Source: an uncultured bacterium
Lineage (GTDB): Bacteria; Verrucomicrobiota; Kiritimatiellia; CAIKKV01; CALHGX01
Assembly: GCA_938031185.1 (NCBI GenBank)
Contig: CALHGX010000009.1
Coordinates: 106,837-170,836 of the forward strand
Direction of reading: 5' to 3'
DNA length: 64,000 bases
Shown: positions 1 to 9,274 of the stretch, piece after piece
Layout: each line of letters starts with the position of its first letter
Position numbering within the stretch: the stretch's first letter is position 1
Program-made: the position numbers and the translations under genes
Notes under the pieces: generated by a model
Databases searched by the model: none
Told to the model about the DNA's origin: nothing
Seen by the model: only the letters and a program-made list of their open reading frames with translations

Positions 1-569
1 GGCACCCGCTGCACACGGTGAACACCCGATTCGTACCGAAGCACACCATAGGCGCCTTCGCCTTCCACCAAGCAAACAACCTCCTTGTACCCGCCGGTCG
101 CCGAGGGACTGGCGTCTATCATGCCAACGCGCCACCCGCGACCCTCGCAGTACCGCGAGTACATACGGAAGAGATCGGCGGCAAAAAGGGCCGCCTCTTC
201 TCCTCCCGTGCCCGCGCGAATCTCCAGAATCGTGTTCCGCTCCTCTTCGGGATCCGACGGCAGCATCTCCATGAGCAGCTGACGCTCAAGCCGGGGAACA
301 GTCTCCTCCAAACCGCGCAAATCCTCTGTCGCCAACGCCTTGAGATCAGGATCGGTATCCGGCGCGGCGGCCAGCGCCCGACTCTCCTCCAGCGCTCGGC
401 GCTGTTGCTCATATTCCGCTGCCCGATCAAGCAGGCGGCGCAAACGGGCATGCTCCCGCCCCAACTCTCCATAGCGTCGCGGATTGCCCGCAAGGCCAGG
501 ATCGCCGATCTGCCGTTCCACCTCGGCGAGGCGATCTTGGAGTCGCTTGAAATATGCCGGGTCCAGCAT
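1..569 (-). CDS. prfA: Peptide chain release factor 1, N-terminal part (runs off the window start)
   Basis: Reverse-strand translation from the ATG at 569 reads [20 protein letters not shown]...[48 protein letters not shown]...VHRVQRV, which is typical of RF1. The frame is not in the ORF table because it has no in-window stop. Confidence 0.8.
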   Translation of the reverse strand, partial: MLDPAYFKRLQDRLAEVERQIGDPGLAGNPRRYGELGREHARLRRLLDRAAEYEQQRRALEESRALAAAPDTDPDLKALATEDLRGLEETVPRLERQLLMEMLPSDPEEERNTILEIRAGTGGEEAALFAADLFRMYSRYCEGRGWRVGMIDASPSATGGYKEVVCLVEGEGAYGVLRYESGVHRVQRV

Positions 570-626
570 GGAAACGCAAAAAAGGGCCGACCCACCACAG
601 GAGCCGGCCCTTCCGTACAATCCGTT

Positions 627-827
627 CTACTTGCGCGCGTAGCGCTTGCGGAACTGCTCGACGCGTCCGCGGCTGTCCACCAGCGTGGAGCGTCCGGTAT
701 AAAAAGGATGACAAACCGAACACGCGTTCACATGCATGTTCCGGCCGGTGGAACGAACCTTGACCACCGAGCCGCAGGCGCACGTGATCGTCGTCTCGCC
801 ATATGCGGGATGAATGTCTTTTTTCAT
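627..827 (-). CDS. rpmE: 50S ribosomal protein L31
   Basis: The internal Met of ORF 627..983 gives MKKDIHPAYGETTITCACGSVVKVRSTGRNMHVNACSVCHPFYTG (L31 zinc-ribbon motif). Length is about 66 aa. Confidence 0.85.
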   Translation of the reverse strand: MKKDIHPAYGETTITCACGSVVKVRSTGRNMHVNACSVCHPFYTGRSTLVDSRGRVEQFRKRYARK

Positions 828-1070
828 GTGCCTCTGCCTCTCTCTGTGTCCTGTCTTATACATCATGACGGAAATCCCGTGCAAGCACGCTCTTCGGTCT
901 CTCCAACGCGGGATCAGGAGCGTGGAACATCCCGCCAACTCTATGGCCACGCGGAACGCTTCTGACCGCAGAAATAAGGTCAACCGTTGCAGAGACTATT
1001 CCCCTATGAGATCATCGTCTCGGTGAATCAGTGTCGTTCTCAGGAAGTGCTTCGCGAGCTACAGCCGCGA

Positions 1071-1730
1071 ATGGAGTCCCCATCAATGGTCAGCTTGGTC
1101 CTCGCGTCCGCCTCCCAAGGACGCGCCAATCTCCTCCGCGCAGCCGGCTATGACTTTGTGCAGCAACCGTCCAACGCCCCAGAACCGTCTCTTCCTCAGG
1201 GAGTCTCCGTTCGAAACCACCTTCTGAATCTGGCTCGCATGAAGGCGCTCGCGGTTGCGAGACAACACCCAAGCGCCTTTGTGATCGGTGCCGACACTTC
1301 CGTTCATGTCGGCCGCCGCCTTTTCGGCAAACCCGGCACGTTGCGCGCCGCCCGGCAGATGCTGTCATTCCTGGCCGGTCGCAGTCACGAAATCACCACC
1401 GCGCTTTGCGTCGTTGGGCCCGGCCGGCCCGGTTGCCGCCGCCGCGTGGCCTGTGCCACGGAAACCGCCCGCGTGACCCTCCGCCGATGCTCCCACGAAG
1501 AGATCCGCCGGCATGTCGCAGTCGTGAAGCCAACCGAATGTGCGGGCGCCTATGCGTTGCAGGGGCCAGGCGCCGCCATCGTGCGCCGTGTGGAAGGCGA
1601 TCCTTCCACGGTGATTGGGTTGCCCTTGGAGTCGCTGGCCCGCCTCTTGAAGCGGCTCGGCTATCGGCCTGCCCAGCGCTTCAGCTCTCGCGAATCTCGG
1701 CCGCCAATTCGTCGCGCAAAACCTTTTTGA
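1071..1730 (+). CDS. maf: Maf-like nucleoside triphosphate pyrophosphatase (septum formation protein Maf)
   Basis: LVLASASQGRANLLRAAGYDF...VIGADTSV...ECAGAYALQGPGAAIVRRVEGDPSTVIGLP matches the Maf family. The start (1071 or 1086) is uncertain. Confidence 0.7.
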   Translation: MESPSMVSLVLASASQGRANLLRAAGYDFVQQPSNAPEPSLPQGVSVRNHLLNLARMKALAVARQHPSAFVIGADTSVHVGRRLFGKPGTLRAARQMLSFLAGRSHEITTALCVVGPGRPGCRRRVACATETARVTLRRCSHEEIRRHVAVVKPTECAGAYALQGPGAAIVRRVEGDPSTVIGLPLESLARLLKRLGYRPAQRFSSRESRPPIRRAKPF

Positions 1731-4116
1731 TCGCCTCGTGAAGCCGGTTGACCGCCTCATCGGTCAAGGTCTTCTCCCGCGAACGATATGTCATGGAGTA
1801 AGCCATGCTCTTGCGCCCCGGACCAAGACGCTCATGCTCGAACACATCGAACAGCCGAACATCAGCCAATTCCGGCGGCGCCGCGCGCTGGATTACTCGC
1901 AGCACCGCTTCATGGGTCACGGTCTGGTTGACCACCATGGCCACGTCACGATCCACGGCCGGATACACGCTCGGGGTCCGCCCCACCGGAATATCGAATA
2001 CGCGCTGCGAGACCATATCGGTCAACAGCTCCATCACGCTCACGGGATCGGCTAGCCGCCACTCTTCGCGCACCCGCCCCGCCACCAGGCCCAGCCGGCC
2101 GCAGGGCTTGTCCCCCAGCCACACGCGGGCGCCAAATCCAGGCTCAAAGAAGAGATCGTCCGCCGGTTCGAGGCGTAAACCGTCCGCTTTGTACGGCCAT
2201 GCTCCCGGCACGCCAATTCCCAACGCATCGGTCACCGCCGCCAACAGCCCTTTGATCCAAAGAAACATCTCCACGGGACTCGGCGCAGCACGCCGAATTG
2301 GGTCGGAGCTGCCAATTGGCCCCATTAAGCCGACGCACAAACGTTCCTCTTCTGTCGGACGGCCCTCCTCGTTAAGAAAGAACGCGCGCCCCATCTCGAA
2401 TAAGGCCGCCCGATCCGCCTGCCGCGCCCGGTTTCGTCCAAGCGTTTCCACCACCTGCGGAATCAGTGAATCGCGAAGCAGGGCATGGTCTGCCGTCAAC
2501 GGGTTCGGCAGACGCACCCTCTTTTCCGCCGGCCCCACACTTATCAGGTCCGCCAGTCGATCGGATATGAAGCTGTAGTTGACGATCTCTGTAAGGCCCA
2601 ATCCGCGAAGCCGTTCGCGGCACACCTGACGGCGGCGAATGACCGTGTCATCCGCGTCGGTCACCAAACGAGCCTGTGGATCGGCGGCTGGAACCGCATC
2701 CAAGCCGTGCACGCGGGCCACTTCCTCGATCAGGTCTGCCTCCTGCTCCAAGTCCACTCGAAATGTGGGCGCTTGCACGACACATTGTTCGTTGTCCCGC
2801 TCCACAACAGGCAACTGAAGGCGTTCGAAGATGGCCGTCATTTCTTCGTTCGGCAGCTCCACACCCAGCAGTTGTCTTGCCCGCGCAAACCGCATCCGAA
2901 CCCGCCGTGGAACGGGCGGCTTTCTGAACACATCAATCACACCGCGCGCCAGAATGCCACCGGAGCAGGCGGCCATCAGCGATGCCGCCCGCCGGCTGGC
3001 CCACTCGATACCGCCAATATCCACCCCGCGTTCAAAGCGATATGACGATTCGCTTGACAGGCCCATCCGTTTCGCCGTTCGGCGTATGTCCGACGCCGAA
3101 AAGCATGCGCTTTCCAACAGCACATTTTGCGTGCTTTCCGTGATGCCGCTGCTCTCGCCGCCCATGATACCCGCCACCGCCACGGGATGCGCGGCATCAC
3201 TAATCACCAGCATCTCCGGTGCCAGTTTGTGCTCCCTGCCATCCAGCGTCATCAGGCGCTCTGCGGCACGCGCCCGCCGCACCACAATCCGTCGCTCCGC
3301 CAGACAATCCAGGTCGAACGCATGCAGAGGCTGCCCGCACTCCAGCATGACGTAGTTGGTGACATCCACAATGTTGTTGATCGGCCGCACGCCAGCCCAC
3401 GTCAGCCGCTGGCGCATCCAGCGCGGAGCCGGTCCCACCGTGGCCCCTTCCAGCAATCGCGCGGTGTATCGCGGACATCCTTCCGGATCCTCGACGTCCA
3501 CTCGGGTCTTTTCGCCAATCGGCCCGCCGCGTTCCTCGAGCGGTATTTCCGGCCACCGCAATGAGCCGCCCAGCAGCGCCGCCACCTCCCGCGCCACCCC
3601 GATCATCGAGAGACAATCCGGCCGATTCGGGGTGACCTCGATTTCCAACACCGTTTCCTGGGGGCCCGCAATGTCGGCAAACGGCGTGCCCGGCTGTACA
3701 TCGCGCGGCAGCACCAAAATGCCGTCATGTCGGTCGCCCAAACCGAGCTCGTCCTCGGCACAGAGCATTCCGTCCGACCGCTCTCCGCGAATGACGGCCG
3801 ACTTGATTTTCATGCCGTTTGCCAGAATGGCGCCCGGCTCGGCCAGCGGCACGCGATCGCCCGGCCCGAAGTTCGTCGCGCCGCAAACCACGCGCCGCTC
3901 TTCCCGTCCGTTGTGCACACGACAAACCACTAGCCGGTCCGCCTGCGGGTGGCGTTCCACCGCCAGGACCTCGGCGACCACAACGCCCGTATAGTCGACG
4001 CCAACGTGAGCAATCCCCTCGACTTCAAGACCGGAAAAGGTCAGCCGGTCGGCCAGTTCGGCCGCCGAAACCGGCACGTCCACGTATTCCTTCAACCAGC
4101 TTAATGGGACTTTCAT
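1681..4116 (-). CDS. pheT: Phenylalanine--tRNA ligase beta subunit
   Basis: 811 aa. MKVPLSWLKEYVDV... N-terminus, tRNA-binding and B3/4 domains, and position directly downstream of pheS. Confidence 0.95.
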   Translation of the reverse strand: MKVPLSWLKEYVDVPVSAAELADRLTFSGLEVEGIAHVGVDYTGVVVAEVLAVERHPQADRLVVCRVHNGREERRVVCGATNFGPGDRVPLAEPGAILANGMKIKSAVIRGERSDGMLCAEDELGLGDRHDGILVLPRDVQPGTPFADIAGPQETVLEIEVTPNRPDCLSMIGVAREVAALLGGSLRWPEIPLEERGGPIGEKTRVDVEDPEGCPRYTARLLEGATVGPAPRWMRQRLTWAGVRPINNIVDVTNYVMLECGQPLHAFDLDCLAERRIVVRRARAAERLMTLDGREHKLAPEMLVISDAAHPVAVAGIMGGESSGITESTQNVLLESACFSASDIRRTAKRMGLSSESSYRFERGVDIGGIEWASRRAASLMAACSGGILARGVIDVFRKPPVPRRVRMRFARARQLLGVELPNEEMTAIFERLQLPVVERDNEQCVVQAPTFRVDLEQEADLIEEVARVHGLDAVPAADPQARLVTDADDTVIRRRQVCRERLRGLGLTEIVNYSFISDRLADLISVGPAEKRVRLPNPLTADHALLRDSLIPQVVETLGRNRARQADRAALFEMGRAFFLNEEGRPTEEERLCVGLMGPIGSSDPIRRAAPSPVEMFLWIKGLLAAVTDALGIGVPGAWPYKADGLRLEPADDLFFEPGFGARVWLGDKPCGRLGLVAGRVREEWRLADPVSVMELLTDMVSQRVFDIPVGRTPSVYPAVDRDVAMVVNQTVTHEAVLRVIQRAAPPELADVRLFDVFEHERLGPGRKSMAYSMTYRSREKTLTDEAVNRLHEAIKKVLRDELAAEIRES

Positions 4117-5132
4117 GCGCCGAACTGCTCCAGAAAGCGGATGTCGTTATCGTAGAGCAAACGAATATCCTCGATGCCGAACTTGATCATGGCAATGCGC
4201 TCGACGCCCATACCGAAGGCATAGCCCGTCACGGTTTCCGGATCGTAGCCCACCTGCCTGAGCACCTTGGGATTGACCATCCCTGCGCCCGAAATCTCAA
4301 TCCAGCCGCTTTGCTTGCAAACGCGACACCCTTTCCCGCCGCAGACATGGCAGGAGAAGTCATACTCCAAACTCGGCTCAGTGAAGGGGAAATAGTGCGG
4401 CCGAAACCGCACGCGAACGTCCGGCCCCATCAGATGACGGGCAAAGTATGTGAGGTCGCCCTTCAGTTGCGCCAGCGACACCGCGCGATCCACGTATAGG
4501 CCTTCAATTTGATGAAAATTAGCACTATGGGTCGCATCCACCGTGTCGCGCCGATAACAGCGCCCGGGGGCGATGATCCGGATCGGCGGCCGTCGGCTTT
4601 CCATGACGCGAATTTGAACTGGCGAGGTTTGCGTCCGAAGCAGCGAGCCGTCTTCGAGCCAAAAAGTGTCCTGAATGTCCCGCGAGGGATGATCCGCTGG
4701 CGTATTCAACGCATCGAAGTTGTGATACTCCGTTTCGATGTCCGGACCGTCGGCAACTGTGAACCCCATCCGGAAAAAAATATCCGTTACCTCTTCAATG
4801 ATGCGGCTGATGGGGTGCCGCCGACCATAGCCACGCCACGCTCCCGGGCGACTCACGTCGAATCCCGTTTGGCCGGCGACTGTTCGGTTTGCCAGCACTT
4901 GCTTGCGCTCTTGAATGAGCGCCGTGAGGGCTTCTTTCAGATCGTTGGCGTACCGGCCGGCCTCGGGCCGTTCGGTGGGGGGCAGATCCTTCAGCCCCTG
5001 CATGACTTCCGGCAAAAGCCCCCTGCGCCCCAGATAGCGAACCCGCACAGCCTCGAGCGCTTCAATGGTCGCCGCCTGCCGGGCCTCGGCCAACGCCGCC
5101 TCTTGAAGCAACTGGATATCCCTGGGTTTCAT
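4113..5132 (-). CDS. pheS: Phenylalanine--tRNA ligase alpha subunit
   Basis: 339 aa with class II aaRS motifs (FRPHYFPFTEPS, GMGVERIAM). There is a 4-nt overlap with pheT. Confidence 0.95.
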   Translation of the reverse strand: MKPRDIQLLQEAALAEARQAATIEALEAVRVRYLGRRGLLPEVMQGLKDLPPTERPEAGRYANDLKEALTALIQERKQVLANRTVAGQTGFDVSRPGAWRGYGRRHPISRIIEEVTDIFFRMGFTVADGPDIETEYHNFDALNTPADHPSRDIQDTFWLEDGSLLRTQTSPVQIRVMESRRPPIRIIAPGRCYRRDTVDATHSANFHQIEGLYVDRAVSLAQLKGDLTYFARHLMGPDVRVRFRPHYFPFTEPSLEYDFSCHVCGGKGCRVCKQSGWIEISGAGMVNPKVLRQVGYDPETVTGYAFGMGVERIAMIKFGIEDIRLLYDNDIRFLEQFGA

Positions 5133-5184
5133 GGGCCGGCGCCGAGCACGCCGTCACGCTCCCCCGCATCGGCCGGCGCAGCGA

Positions 5185-5541
5185 TCAGGCTAAAGCAGCC
5201 TTTGCCTGCTCCACCACGCGTGTAAACCCGTCGGGATCACGCACGGCAATTTCCGCCAACATCTTGCGGTTCAATTTGATGCCGGCTTTACGCAGCCCCT
5301 CGGAAAAACGGCTATAGCTGAGATTCCGCATGCGGCATGCGGCCGACACTCTCAAAATCCACAATCCGCGGAATTCCTGCTTTCGCAACTTGCGGTGCTT
5401 GTACGCTAGGACCATGGCCCGGTCCACGGCTTCCGTCGCCTGACGGAACAACTTGCTCCGCGATCCGCGAAATCCTTTGGCCAGTTGCAGCCGGCGTTTC
5501 CGACGCTTGCGTGAAGCCGGCGCATTGGTTGCTCTGGGCAT
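5185..5541 (-). CDS. rplT: 50S ribosomal protein L20
   Basis: MPRATNAPASRKRRKRRLQLAKGFRGSRSKLFRQA...AYKHRKLRKQEFR is typical of L20. Confidence 0.95.
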   Translation of the reverse strand: MPRATNAPASRKRRKRRLQLAKGFRGSRSKLFRQATEAVDRAMVLAYKHRKLRKQEFRGLWILRVSAACRMRNLSYSRFSEGLRKAGIKLNRKMLAEIAVRDPDGFTRVVEQAKAALA

Positions 5542-5561
5542 ATCCCCTACCCCTTTCCGTT

Positions 5562-5750
5562 CTACAATAGGGCCTTCAATCTTTTCTGATCAGCATGGCC
5601 GACGGTGGCCCCCCGCCGCAGCCGCCGCTTGCGCTTGGCCGATTTGCAGCTCAAAAGATGCCCCTTGCCCGGGCGCGCAAACACCAGCTTGCCGCCCGCG
5701 GTCACTTTGACCCGCTTGCTGAACGACTTCCTTGTTTTCTTTTTCGGCAT
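5562..5750 (-). CDS. rpmI: 50S ribosomal protein L35
   Basis: Internal start MPKKKTRKSFSKRVKVTAGGKLVFARPGKGHLL. The ORF-table start 5783 is probably too far upstream. Confidence 0.9.
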   Translation of the reverse strand: MPKKKTRKSFSKRVKVTAGGKLVFARPGKGHLLSCKSAKRKRRLRRGATVGHADQKRLKALL

Positions 5751-5909
5751 CGTGCCAACCTCCCGCGATTCCGCGGCCTCCAACGGATCCCGGCGCGAAA
5801 AAAGGGGGAACCTTACACCGCCGCCCTTAGTCCGTCCAGCGCTTTCTTACATTGCGCCCGATCGGCCCCCGCCGATTCCTCCGCGGGACTGTGGAAGCCG
5901 GATGTCCCT

Positions 5910-6521
5910 TCAGGCCGTCACCGGCGGCGACGGACTAGCGGGTACGGGTGCCGGCGCCGCCGTGGCGGCGACCGGCTTTGGCGCGGTCGGCGCCTGTGCG
6001 GCACTGCTGGCCCCGTGCCCACCGCTGCGACCCGAACGGGGCGTTAGCACCATCACAATGCTGTTGCCAATCAACTTAGGCAACATGTCGGGAGCGCCAA
6101 CATCGGACGCATCCTTGAGCACCCGGTTCATCACTTCGAACCCGATCTCGCGGTGCGCGTTCTCCCGTCCCCGGAAGTACAGGGACGCTTTCACCTTCAA
6201 TCCGTCCGCCAAAAACTCCCGAATGTGTCGCACCTTGGTTTGATAGTCATGGTCCCCCACGTTCGCATGGAACTTGATTTCCTTCATCGCGGCAGATTGC
6301 TGCTTCTTGCGCGCCTCACGTTCCTTGCGGCTGATCTCGTACTTGTACTTGCCGTAATCCATGATCCGGCAAACCGGCGGATCGGCGTTGGGGGAAATCT
6401 CTACCAAATCCAGATTCTGCTGGCGGGCCCTGTTCAACGCCTCGCTGATCGAAATGACCCCCAGCATGTTGCCCGCCGCATCAATGCAACGGACCTGCGG
6501 TACGCGAATCTTGTGGTTCAC
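5910..6521 (-). CDS. infC: Translation initiation factor IF-3, with an Ala/Pro-rich C-terminal tail of about 40 aa
   Basis: KIRVPQVRCIDAAGNMLGV...CRIMDYGKYKYE...KEIKFHANVGDHDYQTKV is the IF3 core. The tail reads SGRSGGHGASSAAQAPTAPKPVAATAAPAPVPASPSPPVTA. Confidence 0.9.
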   Translation of the reverse strand: MNHKIRVPQVRCIDAAGNMLGVISISEALNRARQQNLDLVEISPNADPPVCRIMDYGKYKYEISRKEREARKKQQSAAMKEIKFHANVGDHDYQTKVRHIREFLADGLKVKASLYFRGRENAHREIGFEVMNRVLKDASDVGAPDMLPKLIGNSIVMVLTPRSGRSGGHGASSAAQAPTAPKPVAATAAPAPVPASPSPPVTA

Positions 6522-6590
6522 ACGGATGAACGTACGAATGCTGATAATGCACCTCCTTGTTGCGGACCCCTGCGGGGCCCTTGGGTCCTT

Positions 6591-8309
6591 CTATATCCTG
6601 CCCGCGACCTCTTCTTGGAGTCGCCGCAAGAAGTCCTCCACCCCCATCGCGCCCAGGTCGCCCTTCGAGCGACATCGAACCGACACGTTGCCTGCCTCGG
6701 CTTCCCGCGCTCCCACAATAGCCATGTAGGGTACCTTTTCCAACTGCGCGTCGCGAATCTTGGCGCCCACTTTCTCCGAACGCCGGTCGACATTCACCCG
6801 CACATCCGCGGCGCGCAAACGCTCCGCCAGCGCCTCCGCCGGAGCCGCCTGCTTGTCCGTAAGGGGCAGCACCCGCACTTGCTCGGGCGCCAGCCATAAC
6901 GGGAACGCGCCTGCGTAATGCTCGACGAGCACGCCGAAAAACCGCTCCAAGCTGCCCAGCAACGCCCGATGCACCATGTAAGGGCGGTGCTCGCGCCCGT
7001 CCTCTCCCACGAACGTGAGGTCAAATCGCTCCGGCATGTTGAAGTCGAACTGCATGGTGCTCATCTGCCATTCGCGCCCAATGGCATCCCGCACGCGAAT
7101 GTCGATCTTCGGCCCGTAGAAGGCCCCGCCGCCCGCATCGGTCTTGTAAGGGATGGCCTCAGCCTGCAAGGCGCGTTCCAACGAGGCGGTGGCCTGTTCC
7201 CATCGCGCCGTCTCCCCCACCGCTTTGTCCGGACGCGTGGCCAAATACGCGCTGATCTCCGTGAAACCGAAGGCCCGCCACATGGCAAGGGCAAACCGCA
7301 CGGCCCGCTGCACTTCGGTCTCCATCTGTTCCGGCGTGCAGAAAATATGCGCGTCATCCTGCGTGAAACCACGCACCCGCAGCAGGCCATGCAGCACCCC
7401 CGCCTTCTCGTACCGATACACCGTCCCCAGCTCGGCCCATCGCAGCGGCAGGTCGCGGTACGACCTTTTCCGCGACTTGTACACCTGAATGTGGAACGGG
7501 CAGTTCATCGGCTTGACGTAGTACGAGACTTCATCAATCGCCATGGGCGCATACATGTTCTCGCGGTAGAAGCCAAGGTGCCCCGATGTCTCCCATAAGC
7601 CCGACCGTCCGATGTGCGGGGTGTAGAGCAGTTCATACCCTCCGCGAAAATGCTCGCGGCGCCAGAATTCCTCGACAATGGCCCGGATGCGCGCGCCCTT
7701 CGGATGCCAGTGAATGAGGCCGGGGCCCACATCGTCCTGCGTGCTGAACAAATCCAATTCCCGGCCCAGCTTGCGATGGTCGCGCTTTTGGGCCTCTTCG
7801 AGCTGACGAAGATGAGCGTCCAGTTCTTCCTGACTCAAGGCCGCGACGCCGTAGAGCCGCTGCAACATCGGATTGGTTTCAACGCCCCGGTAGTAGGATC
7901 CTGCCACGCTCACTAGCTTGAACGCCCGCAGATCGCTCGTTCTGGCCACGTGGGGGCCGCGGCACAAATCGGCAAAATCGCCGCAGCGGTAGATTGTAAT
8001 CGGCTCGCCCGGCCGGATGTCCGCCAGCCGTTCCAATTTGTACCGCTGTCCCCGCTCCCGGAAGAAAGCGTCCGCCTCCTCGCGGCTGACCTCAAGGCGC
8101 TCGAAAGGCAGATCCTCGGCCACGATGCGCCGCATCTCCTTCTCGATCGCTTCGAAATCCTCCGGCGCCAACCGGTGGGGCAGGTCAAAGTCGTAATAGA
8201 AACCGGTTTCGGTCGCAGGTCCTATATCGAGGAGAACCCGGTCGAAAAGCCGACTGACGGCCGCGGCCATGACGTGCGCCGTGCTATGGCGCAGGATGTC
8301 CAAATCCAA
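6591..8309 (-). CDS. thrS: Threonine--tRNA ligase (lacks the N-terminal TGS domain)
   Basis: 572 aa. It begins at the editing (N2) domain (RHSTAHVMAAAV...GFYYDFDL) and carries class II catalytic and anticodon-binding domains. It sits at the head of the thrS-infC-rpmI-rplT-pheST cluster. Confidence 0.9.
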   Translation of the reverse strand: MDLDILRHSTAHVMAAAVSRLFDRVLLDIGPATETGFYYDFDLPHRLAPEDFEAIEKEMRRIVAEDLPFERLEVSREEADAFFRERGQRYKLERLADIRPGEPITIYRCGDFADLCRGPHVARTSDLRAFKLVSVAGSYYRGVETNPMLQRLYGVAALSQEELDAHLRQLEEAQKRDHRKLGRELDLFSTQDDVGPGLIHWHPKGARIRAIVEEFWRREHFRGGYELLYTPHIGRSGLWETSGHLGFYRENMYAPMAIDEVSYYVKPMNCPFHIQVYKSRKRSYRDLPLRWAELGTVYRYEKAGVLHGLLRVRGFTQDDAHIFCTPEQMETEVQRAVRFALAMWRAFGFTEISAYLATRPDKAVGETARWEQATASLERALQAEAIPYKTDAGGGAFYGPKIDIRVRDAIGREWQMSTMQFDFNMPERFDLTFVGEDGREHRPYMVHRALLGSLERFFGVLVEHYAGAFPLWLAPEQVRVLPLTDKQAAPAEALAERLRAADVRVNVDRRSEKVGAKIRDAQLEKVPYMAIVGAREAEAGNVSVRCRSKGDLGAMGVEDFLRRLQEEVAGRI

Positions 8310-8474
8310 ACTAGCCTTCCTCCCGGGGATGAATATGCCGTTACCCTACTGGCGATGCTTCGATCCGTCAACGCCAAAATCGGCGCCGACAACTTTTTCC
8401 TGTAACCAAGCACAGCAGGATCCAGCACGGAAAAGCCGTTGCGAAAGCCTGGCCTCCCGGCATAGAATGATCGA

Positions 8475-9236
8475 GTGAGCGACACCCCCCATGAGGGCTT
8501 GAACGCGGGAACAGCCCTGATTGTGGGCGCAAGCGGAGCTATCGGTTGCGCCGTGAGCGTGACCCTTCACGCAGCGGGCTTCCGCGTAGCCCTCCTTGGT
8601 CGGAATTCCGAACGATTGGCGCACGCCGCGCGGCAGGTGAATCTGTCGGCAACGCCGCCGCTCTGCACCATCTGCGACGTGACAGACCGGCCACGGATTG
8701 CCCGGGCCATCCACCCCATCCTGCAGGCCCTTGGAACCTTGGATGTGCTGGTCTTGGCGGCCGGCATCAACGTGACGGATCGAAGCATGCGCTCCCTGGA
8801 TCCGACTGACTGGGACCGCGTTCTGGCCGTCAATCTGACCGGTTCCTTCAATGTTGTGCAGGCCGTCCTGCCCCACATGCGGGAAAAGGGATCGGGAACA
8901 ATTATTCAAATCTCCTCCCTGGCGGCCATTCGCCCCAGCGCCATCGCTGGGGCGGCATACTCGGTATCGAAGGCCGGCCAGGGCGTCCTCAGTGCCTGTA
9001 TCGGCCGAGAAGAACGCGGCCGCTGCATTCGCGCGACCACGCTGTATGTCGGTGAAACGGATACCCCCCTGCTGCAAGGGCGAGCCGACCGCCCAGGGGC
9101 CCCGAATGAGGGACGCCGCCAAATGATCCTGAAGCCCGAAGACGTCGCCGCCGCGGTCCGCTACATCGCTACCCAGCCTCCGCGGCTCCGCATCCCGGAA
9201 ATGGTTCTGATCCCTTCCGTGGACGATTACGCGTAG
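8475..9236 (+). CDS. Short-chain dehydrogenase/reductase (SDR) family oxidoreductase
   Basis: TALIVGASGAIGCAV Rossmann motif, YSVSKAG catalytic motif, 253 aa. Confidence 0.8.
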   Translation: MSDTPHEGLNAGTALIVGASGAIGCAVSVTLHAAGFRVALLGRNSERLAHAARQVNLSATPPLCTICDVTDRPRIARAIHPILQALGTLDVLVLAAGINVTDRSMRSLDPTDWDRVLAVNLTGSFNVVQAVLPHMREKGSGTIIQISSLAAIRPSAIAGAAYSVSKAGQGVLSACIGREERGRCIRATTLYVGETDTPLLQGRADRPGAPNEGRRQMILKPEDVAAAVRYIATQPPRLRIPEMVLIPSVDDYA

Positions 9237-9274
9237 CAAGCGAGCGCGCCTGTTGCCATGCAAGGAAAGGCCCC

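Noticed and set aside
18-965. 315-aa plus-strand ORF rich in Arg, Ala and Pro
   Set aside because: It lies antisense to clear prfA and rpmE coding sequence. Its composition is typical of spurious high-GC antisense frames, and there is no motif.
5133-5184. Possible terminator between rplT and pheS (GGCCGGCGC occurs twice)
   Set aside because: The two copies are direct repeats, not inverted repeats. No stem-loop plus U-tract is present.
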